Shown: positions 45,385-53,358 of the stretch, piece by piece | Layout: each line of letters begins with the position of its first letter | How positions within the stretch are numbered: position 1 is the stretch's first letter | Assembly: GCA_048887065.1 (NCBI GenBank) | Contig: JBHLKC010000002.1 | Span: 1 to 57,060, forward strand | Source of the DNA: Candidatus Hodarchaeota archaeon | GTDB lineage: Archaea; Asgardarchaeota; Heimdallarchaeia; Hodarchaeales; Hodarchaeaceae | Direction of reading: 5' to 3' | Length of the DNA: 57,060 nucleotides | Notes under the pieces: model-generated | What the model was told of the DNA's origin: nothing | The model's input: the letters and a program-made list of their open reading frames with translations, nothing else | The model's database searches: none | Made by a program: the position numbers and the translations under genes

Positions 45385-46641
45385 TTGATAAAAAAGTCAC
45401 CTCACTCAATTTCACCCAGGTTTAGTCTGTTTTCAGCTTTTCTTATCCATTGTAGTGTTGAAATTCCGTTTTTTATTTTTCCTGTGATCCTTCTCTTAGT
45501 CAGACGTGATCTATTTCCTAATCTTGGGGAGTTAAGTTGGATTGGCCTTGGAATATTAGGAACAATTGGTACCTTAGCTGCTGGATTACCTTCCCCATAT
45601 TTTGGGCGTCTTGCAGACAAATATCAGCGTGGATGGCTTATGTTTGTAAGTCTGCTCCTAGCTTCATTAGGTTCTTTATTGATAGGACTCTTGGGAAACT
45701 ATTTCATTGTTATGGCTATCAGTATCATCTTGATGGGTGTTGGACTTGCATTATATCATCCTCCTGGACTTTCTTGGGTCTCCACAGCATATGAAAACCC
45801 TGAAACCCACTCCTATTCCTCACATTATGTGAAAATCCTCGCTCTTCATGGTATTGGAGGTAGTTTAGGAGCATCCATTGGGCCGTTATCAGTTTATTTT
45901 TTCCTTGATTCGCTTGGTTGGCGCCTGATCTATCTCTATTGGTCTATTCCCTTAACTATTATTGCATTTGGTTTTTGGTTGTTCGTTGGAAGGTACGAAC
46001 CACAACGAGAATCTTCTCCTGCTATTTCATCAAAAAATAATTCGTTAGAAAATAATACCAATTTCTCAAACTGGTGGAAATTTTCACCATTGATGCTAAT
46101 TTTCTGTTTTATTATAACTATGTCTATTACGAGAGGGATGGTCAACTTTATCTTGGCTGCGTTTTTATCCGAGATAAAGGGTATACAAATAACCACAGCA
46201 GCATTTTTTATTGGATTTTCAACTTTCATAGGAGCTGTTGGACAAATTAGTGGAGGATTCTTTGGTGACAAGTATGGAGAAAAAGCGGTGCTTTCAATAA
46301 CTGCAGTGGTTCAAGTTGCGATCTTATTAGGGATATTCTTGATTAATAATTCTTTACTTCTTTTAATTCTTTATTTGTCCTTAGGAGTTATTAATGCATT
46401 ATTCTGGCCTTCTACAAACAGTCTTGTGGCAAAAAATTCTTCTCAGCAAGGTGTTGCTTTTGGACTTGTCATGTTATCTGCAAATATAGTTGGAGCACTA
46501 GGACCTTCAATTGATGGTTTCTTACTCGTAATTGATCCAAATTATTTGTTTATCTTTGCTATTGCTTGTTTTTTTTCTTTTTGTGGTTTTGTTTTTATGC
46601 TATTATTAAAACAAAAATCTCAGAAAATTAAAAAATTATAA
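45385..46641 (+). CDS. MFS transporter
   Basis: About 12 TM helices and a GRLADKYQRG loop 2-3 motif. TTG start. Confidence 0.8.
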   Translation: MIKKSPHSISPRFSLFSAFLIHCSVEIPFFIFPVILLLVRRDLFPNLGELSWIGLGILGTIGTLAAGLPSPYFGRLADKYQRGWLMFVSLLLASLGSLLIGLLGNYFIVMAISIILMGVGLALYHPPGLSWVSTAYENPETHSYSSHYVKILALHGIGGSLGASIGPLSVYFFLDSLGWRLIYLYWSIPLTIIAFGFWLFVGRYEPQRESSPAISSKNNSLENNTNFSNWWKFSPLMLIFCFIITMSITRGMVNFILAAFLSEIKGIQITTAAFFIGFSTFIGAVGQISGGFFGDKYGEKAVLSITAVVQVAILLGIFLINNSLLLLILYLSLGVINALFWPSTNSLVAKNSSQQGVAFGLVMLSANIVGALGPSIDGFLLVIDPNYLFIFAIACFFSFCGFVFMLLLKQKSQKIKKL

Positions 46642-46667
46642 GAGAAATAATGTATTAATCTTATTAA

Positions 46668-47093
46668 TTCTTTTTAAAAACATATAAAAACTTGCTGGGA
46701 GATCAATTTGAATTTCAATTCGATTGTGAACCAAAATCTCTGGTAGAAATAGATAAAGGTCGATTCACTCAAGTTATAGATAATGTAATCAATAATGCAA
46801 TAAAACAAACTCCCATTAAAACACGAAGAATTAGTATGAATATCAAAAAACATGAAGCAATGGTTTGAATAGAAATTAATGATAACCAGGCTGGTATTCA
46901 TCCGATTGATCTTGAGAGGATTTTTGATCCTTTTGTCTCTCTAGAAACGAAATATTCGGTTAAAGGAACAGGAATTTGGCTTTATTTATGTCGAATAATT
47001 GTTGAGAATCATAATGGAACGATTAAGGCTCATAACAAAGGGTTAAACCAGGGGTCTACATTCATAATTGATTTACCATTTCTCTCTCTATAA
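46668..47093 (+). pseudogene. 3' remnant of a sensor histidine kinase (HATPase_c domain only) with an in-frame TGA at 46866-46868
   Basis: Hand translation gives ...GRFTQVIDNVINNAIKQTP (N box)...MV-stop-IEINDNQAGI (degenerate G1)...RIFDPF (F box)...GTGIWLYLCRIIVENHNGTI (G2 with G to W). There is no start codon, DHp domain or His box. Confidence 0.65.
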
Positions 47094-47103
47094 TCAAAGG
47101 AAA

Positions 47104-48039
47104 TTATTCTCTACTCCGTTGCCTACGTGTAAAAATACCGAGTAGTAAAAAGCTAATTATAATTATGATTGAAAAACCAGGGGTTGTCTTTCCAGTAGTG
47201 GTGGTAGATTCATTATCAGAGTACAAATTCATCGGCTCTAAAATAATGACGGTACAATTTGCTTTTTCTTTAAATGCCTCTACTTCATCTAAATCCCCAA
47301 GAATAGTATCTCCAAACTTAACGGGATAAGAATAGTGCATAGGAATAGCATACTTTAAGTAGGATGATACTTGAAGTGATTCTACTACTTCAGCACCTTC
47401 CTCATCAGTCATCAATCCATTCCCCATTATAGGAAGGAGTGCAATATTGCAATTAATTTGTTTCATTTCAGGAATGTGAGCTGTGTCTCCGGCATGGTAA
47501 ATTCGAACATTTCCAAAATCAACTACTACTCCAGTCCAGTTGAATTCAGGGAAATGATTAGCGTTGTAAGCAGGTACAAATTCAAGAGTGATACCAAACT
47601 CTTCTATAATATCCCAAGGTTTAGTATAATGTATCTCCTTGACTTCCACCGATTCTAATTCCTCAACAGTGGTTCCAAGATCATATACTTGACCAGGTCT
47701 GGGAGTATAAACAGTTGTGGTTATATCAGCAATCTTTCTTAAATCGGGTATAGAGAGATGATCAAAGTGCTCATGAGTGGCTATTACAATATCTGCAGTC
47801 TCTATATTACTTTCAAGAAGGTAAGGATCAAGGTAGATCACCAAATTACTTGTTTTAAGCTTAAAAGCTGCAACTCCGTGCCATGTGATATTGATTCCAT
47901 CATAATAAAGAAACTTCTCATCGATAATTATTGTCGGTTCACCATCAATCTCATGACTCATCATTAAAACAGGCACTGGTACAATTTGAAAACATAAAAA
48001 AATAATTATTCCTGTGTTTATAGCTAAAATCCTGTTCAT
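47104..48039 (-). CDS. Secreted metallo-beta-lactamase-fold protein with a PGF-CTERM-like C-terminal anchor
   Basis: N-terminal signal/TM (NTGIIIFLCFQIVPVPVLMM), the HEHFDH metal motif, and the C-terminus TTTTGKTTPGFSIIIIISFLLLGIFTRRQRSRE. Confidence 0.75.
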   Translation of the reverse strand: MNRILAINTGIIIFLCFQIVPVPVLMMSHEIDGEPTIIIDEKFLYYDGINITWHGVAAFKLKTSNLVIYLDPYLLESNIETADIVIATHEHFDHLSIPDLRKIADITTTVYTPRPGQVYDLGTTVEELESVEVKEIHYTKPWDIIEEFGITLEFVPAYNANHFPEFNWTGVVVDFGNVRIYHAGDTAHIPEMKQINCNIALLPIMGNGLMTDEEGAEVVESLQVSSYLKYAIPMHYSYPVKFGDTILGDLDEVEAFKEKANCTVIILEPMNLYSDNESTTTTGKTTPGFSIIIIISFLLLGIFTRRQRSRE

Positions 48040-48193
48040 TTGAAAAAATACCTTCCCTTTAGTTAATTCTTACAAATCTAACTTAGTAGTAGGTATAATT
48101 CTAGAGGGATTTAAATATATTTCCAAAGTTTGGAACGATAGATAGAATTGGAAATATATTTATAACTCTTTGTGTTTAAATAAAATCTAAAGG

Positions 48194-48799
48194 TTGAATT
48201 TCATGAATATATCCCCCAATAAAGATGATTATTTATCTAGTAAATCAATAATAAAAGGCCTTATTGGATTTTTATTATATCGGTATGGTAGCCTCACAGC
48301 AAAGCAGATTCAACAAAAAATTGGATTAAAAAGACAATCAACTTACAACTACCTAAAAGAATTGCTAGAAGAGGGAAGAATAGAAGCTCAATACGAAAGA
48401 CTTAAAGATCGGCCAAACTTGAGTACTGCATATTATTCAATAAAAGGACAACAGATCGTTGATCAAGAGGATAAAGCTATCACTCAAAGACATAAAGAAG
48501 ACTTTAATGTTGATAGAATAAAAAAAGTTATTGATACAAATATAGCAGCTTTTCTAGAGCTTAAATCAGCTTTTAATCGTATGACTAATGATGAAATAGA
48601 TGCATTTATCAGGTGTGATCCTCATGTGTGGGGTTTCTATGGGTTTACATGGTTACTCACTGATGAAGAATATGGTGAATTACAAATTAAATTCAAAGAA
48701 CTGATAAACAGACTTTATAAGAAATGGAGTGAAAGCGAAGACCATGGAAAGCATTCTGGAAATGTTTTTGTTTTTACTTTCTATAAATCAATTCCCTAA
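48194..48799 (+). CDS. Putative winged-helix DNA-binding protein
   Basis: YGSLTAKQIQQKIGLKRQSTYNYLKELLEEGRIE is an HTH-like segment (ArsR/MarR style). The remainder is unassigned. The start is TTG at 48194 or ATG at 48203. Confidence 0.5.
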   Translation: MNFMNISPNKDDYLSSKSIIKGLIGFLLYRYGSLTAKQIQQKIGLKRQSTYNYLKELLEEGRIEAQYERLKDRPNLSTAYYSIKGQQIVDQEDKAITQRHKEDFNVDRIKKVIDTNIAAFLELKSAFNRMTNDEIDAFIRCDPHVWGFYGFTWLLTDEEYGELQIKFKELINRLYKKWSESEDHGKHSGNVFVFTFYKSIP

Positions 48800-48914
48800 A
48801 TCATAGTTAAAATACTTATTAAAATGGATTTAAGTTAAGCAATTACTTCTATAACAACATTGAAAATAATTCTCTATTTCAGGAATTATCTAAAATTACA
48901 GAAAGGCCATCAAT

Positions 48915-49661
48915 TCATTTTTCAGAGATTTTAGTTCTAAAACCCCAAAATATGATGAAAGAACCTACTAAAACCCCAATAGATCCAATATTTCCCATTA
49001 AAGATAACGTAGATATTGGAAAAACATCCAATAAAACATGTGGAACTACAAGCAAGAAATGGCATATACCTAACAGTACTATTCCAATTAAGATGAATCC
49101 AATTGCTCGTTTAATGGGGAACATATCGGGAGGAATGTCCTTATAGACTGAATAATAATAATGAAACGTACCAATAACTAAAATATAAATTGGTAAAGCT
49201 GCAGCTGCAAAAAATAATAGATCCCATTCAATGAACTGTTCACTTCCTGGTAATGCTGTTTCTCCAGTATAAACAGTCACACCTGTCAGAACGAATAATA
49301 AAACACCAGCAATTACCGTTATGATTGGCAGAATCATTCTATATGATTTTAATAACTCATTCCCTCCAGAAATGAACATAGCAGCAAGAAAAAGAAATAT
49401 AGTACCAATAATTACAAAGAAATTAGTCATTCGATGAAGCAATCCTACAATTCCAGGATCTAGCACAAAAACATAGATAACGTTTATGAAAACACCAATT
49501 GCTATATTGAGGTAAGCAAGTGCTGTAAATTGATTTCCACGAAAATTTATGTCACGTTTAATAACTAAAAAGGAGCAGAGTAATTCAAGTACAACTCCTA
49601 CTCCTAAACCAGCTACAGTAACCAATTGTCGAGAAGAGAGCTCCATTAGCATTAAGAACAC
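48915..49661 (-). CDS. Hypothetical 7-TM membrane protein
   Basis: Seven hydrophobic helices by eye. TM7 has no retinal-binding Lys, so it is not called a rhodopsin. Confidence 0.65.
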   Translation of the reverse strand: MFLMLMELSSRQLVTVAGLGVGVVLELLCSFLVIKRDINFRGNQFTALAYLNIAIGVFINVIYVFVLDPGIVGLLHRMTNFFVIIGTIFLFLAAMFISGGNELLKSYRMILPIITVIAGVLLFVLTGVTVYTGETALPGSEQFIEWDLLFFAAAALPIYILVIGTFHYYYSVYKDIPPDMFPIKRAIGFILIGIVLLGICHFLLVVPHVLLDVFPISTLSLMGNIGSIGVLVGSFIIFWGFRTKISEK

Positions 49662-49837
49662 CTATTTTGGAGAGTTTTTATTTAAAATATGTTTTTGCTA
49701 ATTGAAAAGCGGTTTTTAAAGGTTAGCAAATACCCTTGTAAGGTAATAAAACAGAGATTAATAAAACAAACTACATTACCTTTATAAGAACTTCATAAGA
49801 ATTTAGAATGAAAGTGTATTTGAGGGTAATTTACACA

Positions 49838-50278
49838 ATGGTTGTCTTTGAAGTTGGAGTGATTTCACGGGCTGGTCTTCCAGTCATTCATGTAGATTTC
49901 AGACCTGGAGTAAGGGGAGATCCTTTAATAACTGCAGGCTTTTTAACTGCTCTTCAACAGTTTGTTAAGACTGCATTCAGTGATGAAACGCAAAGCTTCA
50001 GTATGAAGAAATTCTCAATTTTTTTTTCTAAAGTTATTTTAATCAAAGATCAGGAGGAGGCCAGTGTTTATGTGATATGTGATTATGATACGGATCACAA
50101 GGTTATTCAGCAGAGAATATATAATATAACCAAACGTTTAAAAGAAACTTTTCCAACACTTGACGACCCTCATACTGTAGATACACCACAAGCCAAAGAA
50201 TTCCAGGAATTTTTGATTAAAGAATTTGCAGATCTCAAAATGCGTCCAGCTGAGAGAGCTAGAAGGTTGTTTGGCTAG
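49838..50278 (+). CDS. Stand-alone longin/roadblock-like small protein
   Basis: MVVFEVGVISRAGLPVIHVDF...LITAGFLTALQQFV...FSIFFSKVILIKD...SVYVICDY shows a beta-beta-alpha-beta-beta-beta-alpha pattern. I prefer the ATG at 49838 over 49808. Confidence 0.5.
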   Translation: MVVFEVGVISRAGLPVIHVDFRPGVRGDPLITAGFLTALQQFVKTAFSDETQSFSMKKFSIFFSKVILIKDQEEASVYVICDYDTDHKVIQQRIYNITKRLKETFPTLDDPHTVDTPQAKEFQEFLIKEFADLKMRPAERARRLFG

Positions 50279-50441
50279 GATAACTTATAAGAAGATATCC
50301 TTTTGTATAGGGCATAGGTATATATCTGTTAAATTAATATGAAATATTAAAGTCACAATATCTAAGAAATCGATTCATAATATTGTACTACAAATTATAA
50401 ATGGAAACTTTTAGTTTTTCTTTTTTCTATGCTGAAACATT

Positions 50442-51227
50442 ATGGTACAAAAGGTATCAGATAAACAGCTAATTTATTATTTTTCCAAGAAAGATATCTA
50501 TCTTTTTGCTTATCACATTGGCGACTTAGATGATTTTTTCTTCCATAATTGTACGTGGTATGGATTATTCGATAATGATCAATTAACAGAACTCATTCTT
50601 CTGTTTTCAGGATTATCCACACCTACTCTTCTTGTGTTTGGTTTTTCAAAAATTTCTATGCTATTAGATGAGATAATTGACGACCTTCCAGACCGTTTTT
50701 ATTGTCATTACACAAAGGGATTAGAAAAAAATTTCCTCTCAAAATATGAAATGGATTATTTTGGAACCCATCTTAAAATGAAATATCAAGGGTTACCAAA
50801 AGAACTGCGTGTTAAAAAATTCTCTAATTGCACTCAATTGACAGAAAAACAAACTGGAGAAATTCTTACTTTTTATGAAAAATCTTATCCAAATACTTAT
50901 TTTGAGTCATTCATGTTAAAAACAGGAAAATATTATGGTATAATTGAAAATAACTTAATAAAATCAATTGCTGGAGTTCATGTCTATTCAAAAAAATACA
51001 ACATTGCTGTATTGGGGAACATTGCAACAGATCTGTCTTCACGAGGCCTAGGATATGCAACCACCTGTGTTATTACGTTATTACAATCATTAGAGGCTGA
51101 AATAAAACATATTGGGTTGAATGTAAAAGTTGATAATATTGCAGCTCTCAAACTTTATCAAAAAACAGGTTTTGTTCCTCATTTAGAATATGAAGAAGCT
51201 TTTTTTAAAAAAAAGCAGTATTTTTGA
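50442..51227 (+). CDS. GNAT-family acetyltransferase (FR47-like C-terminal domain)
   Basis: VLGNIATDLSSRGLGYATTCV and LYQKTGF motifs in the C-terminal half. Confidence 0.7.
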   Translation: MVQKVSDKQLIYYFSKKDIYLFAYHIGDLDDFFFHNCTWYGLFDNDQLTELILLFSGLSTPTLLVFGFSKISMLLDEIIDDLPDRFYCHYTKGLEKNFLSKYEMDYFGTHLKMKYQGLPKELRVKKFSNCTQLTEKQTGEILTFYEKSYPNTYFESFMLKTGKYYGIIENNLIKSIAGVHVYSKKYNIAVLGNIATDLSSRGLGYATTCVITLLQSLEAEIKHIGLNVKVDNIAALKLYQKTGFVPHLEYEEAFFKKKQYF

Positions 51228-51269
51228 ATTTCATGGAGATCATAAGAATTCTGCTGAGGATTAGTTAAG

Positions 51270-51740
51270 ATGTATAAATACCTCTTCCAAAGACAATCAA
51301 AAAGACGTAAGTATATTCTACAAAAGCTAGATGAAATACCAACTGAGGATCTTAGAAAAAGAGTTCACCCCAACAAATGGTCCATTGAAGAATTGATACG
51401 TCACATTATATTTACAACAGATTTTTGGATCAAACGAATAGCTTTACAGGATGCCACCACACCATTTCATGTTCTTGGGGTGGAAAACGATACCCAAGCA
51501 TCTTCTTGGTTCTCATTAAATGAAATTGCCATTGGTTTTGATGAGACTTATGCTAAGGTTAAAGATCTTTTAGAATCAAATCCTGATTATACGAAACAAA
51601 TTATAGTACCAGAAATTAGTAGTGAGGCATTTACCATTAAGTGGATCCTTTGGCATATCCTACAACATGAGCTTGAAACTTGGGGACAGATTGCAGAAAG
51701 AATTCGTAATTATGGCTTTCAAACGCTTTGGGAATTTTAA
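51270..51740 (+). CDS. DinB/YfiT-like metal-dependent four-helix-bundle protein
   Basis: WSIEELIRHI... and ILWHILQHELETWGQI are histidine-bearing helices typical of DinB_2. Confidence 0.65.
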   Translation: MYKYLFQRQSKRRKYILQKLDEIPTEDLRKRVHPNKWSIEELIRHIIFTTDFWIKRIALQDATTPFHVLGVENDTQASSWFSLNEIAIGFDETYAKVKDLLESNPDYTKQIIVPEISSEAFTIKWILWHILQHELETWGQIAERIRNYGFQTLWEF

Positions 51741-51806
51741 TTTTTATTAGATCTTATTCAATAGGACGTGAATTTCATGGGATTACCTGGAATAACAAAA
51801 GCTTAG

Positions 51807-52550
51807 ATGCAGGAAGTTGATCGCTTAATGATAGAAGAATACAACATTCCTATGGAATTGATAATGGAGCATGCTAGTCTTAATCTTGCACGACTTGCTT
51901 ACCAACTTACTAGAAGCTCTCAATGTGTTTTTCACGTGATTTTTGGCGTTGGCAATAAAGGCGGAGGTGGCTTAGTGGCTGCGCGTAGATTACATTCATG
52001 AGGCTGTAATACGACTGTGATTCTTCCTAAAGGGGATAAAAAACTGCGTGAAATTCCTACGAAACAACTCAATCGGGTTCAGAGAAAGAGAATAAAAATA
52101 ATTCGAGATTTACCAATTTCCACTTCTATTCAAGGGAGTAATACTATCGTTTTAGACTGCTATATTGGATATGGGGTTTCGAGACGTTTTGATAAGATTT
52201 CGGAAGAAGTATTTGAGTTTATAAGAGCTCATAAGAATGTAATTTCACTAGATGCTCCCTCAGGATTAGATGTAACTACTGGTGATAATATAGGGAATAT
52301 CCGACCTAAAGCTACTTTAAATATAGCATTTCTTAAGGAAGGTTCAATAAGAGCACCTCAGGAAACGATAGGTAAATTATACATTACCGATTTAAGTATC
52401 CCTACTCGCGGATATCGTTCTGAAAAAGGCATTAATTGGTTCCAAGCTTTTGATATTTCCTATTTACATATTCTAGAAAAAGCTTTTCAAGAAAACCCAA
52501 TTCAAAAAGTTTCAATCAAACAAGGACTTGATCAAGAAACCTTATTTTGA
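51807..52550 (+). pseudogene. nnrE: NAD(P)H-hydrate epimerase (YjeF_N / NnrE) interrupted by an in-frame TGA at 51999-52001
   Basis: ORFs 51807-52001 and 52017-52550 are in the same frame. Joined, they read ...GVGNKGGGGLVAARRLHS-stop-GCNTTVILP...LDCYIGYGVSR...SLDAPSGLDVTTGDN, a collinear YjeF_N domain. Confidence 0.7.
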
Positions 52551-52636
52551 AATATATGTCAAAATAGTTAAATAAATCAACTGAATAGATAGCTAAATTG
52601 TCATTTTGTGATTTTTAATCCAGCCAATTCCTCGAG

Positions 52637-53305
52637 CTAGTCTCCCTTTTTTATTAATAGTCCTTGTTTTATAAGGACACCTTCAGTGATCAAAGTGAAT
52701 GCTTCCCTTACATTATGATCCAAGTAAGCTGATGTTTCTAGATATTTTATAGATTTAAAATCAGGGAGAACATTATCCTCTAAGGATTGATAATCAACCT
52801 GTACCAAATCCTCAAGGTCAGATTTATTACCAATTAAAATGTTTGGAATTCGATCCTTACCCAGACGATCATCTATTTGCTGCTTCCATTCATATAAATC
52901 ATCTAATGTATCAGGCCTAGTTAAATCAAACACAAGAAGTGCAGCATTGGCTTTTCTAAAGAATATGTCCCTTAGCATCTGAAACCTTTCCTGTCCTGCA
53001 ACATCGAAAATTACAAGATTTACCAGTAAATTATTATTGATTTCCACTAATCTGTTAGAGGGATCCATACCAATTGTCATAAGATAATTAAACTCAAATT
53101 TGTCATGAACATATCGTCTGATAAGGCTAGTTTTACCCACTGCTCCTGAACCGCATACAATGATCTTTAAGTGATATTTAGGTGTTTTATCTGTGTATTC
53201 CATTGTTTGCACACTCGCAAAAAAGAATAACAAGATTAATGATAAATAGCTTTGAATTGATTGTTTTTTATAGTATTTATATGCTATTCTAAAAAGGTTA
53301 ATCAT
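52637..53305 (-). CDS. Rab/Ras-like small GTPase with a possible 34-aa hydrophobic N-terminal extension
   Basis: G1 VCGSGAVGKTSL, G3 FDVAGQERF, G4 GNKSDL, G5 TSAY. The extension YLSLILLFFFASVQT is present only if the start at 53305 is used. The alternative ATG is at 53203. Confidence 0.85.
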   Translation of the reverse strand: MINLFRIAYKYYKKQSIQSYLSLILLFFFASVQTMEYTDKTPKYHLKIIVCGSGAVGKTSLIRRYVHDKFEFNYLMTIGMDPSNRLVEINNNLLVNLVIFDVAGQERFQMLRDIFFRKANAALLVFDLTRPDTLDDLYEWKQQIDDRLGKDRIPNILIGNKSDLEDLVQVDYQSLEDNVLPDFKSIKYLETSAYLDHNVREAFTLITEGVLIKQGLLIKKGD

Positions 53306-53358
53306 AAAAAGAAAAAGACAAAATAAAAGAGATAATATTTGAATCTGGAGTTTTCAAA

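Noticed and set aside
46674-46901. 75-aa minus-strand ORF in the MFS/MBL spacer.
   Set aside because: The opposite strand encodes recognisable histidine-kinase N, G1, F and G2 boxes. The minus-strand ORF is the shadow of that remnant.
49694-49730. 8-bp inverted repeat TTTGCTAA-N21-TTAGCAAA upstream of the longin-like gene, considered as a possible operator.
   Set aside because: An AT-rich 8-mer inverted repeat is expected by chance in AT-rich intergenic DNA, and I noticed no second copy elsewhere in the window.
51999-52001. Selenocysteine (TGA) or pyrrolysine (TAG at 42992 and 51804) recoding as the explanation for the in-frame stops.
   Set aside because: I saw no obvious SECIS-like hairpin downstream. 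The TGA aligns with a non-catalytic position of YjeF_N. TAG and TGA are both used as ordinary terminators elsewhere in this window. Pseudogenisation or sequence error is simpler. Recoding is kept only as a check to perform.
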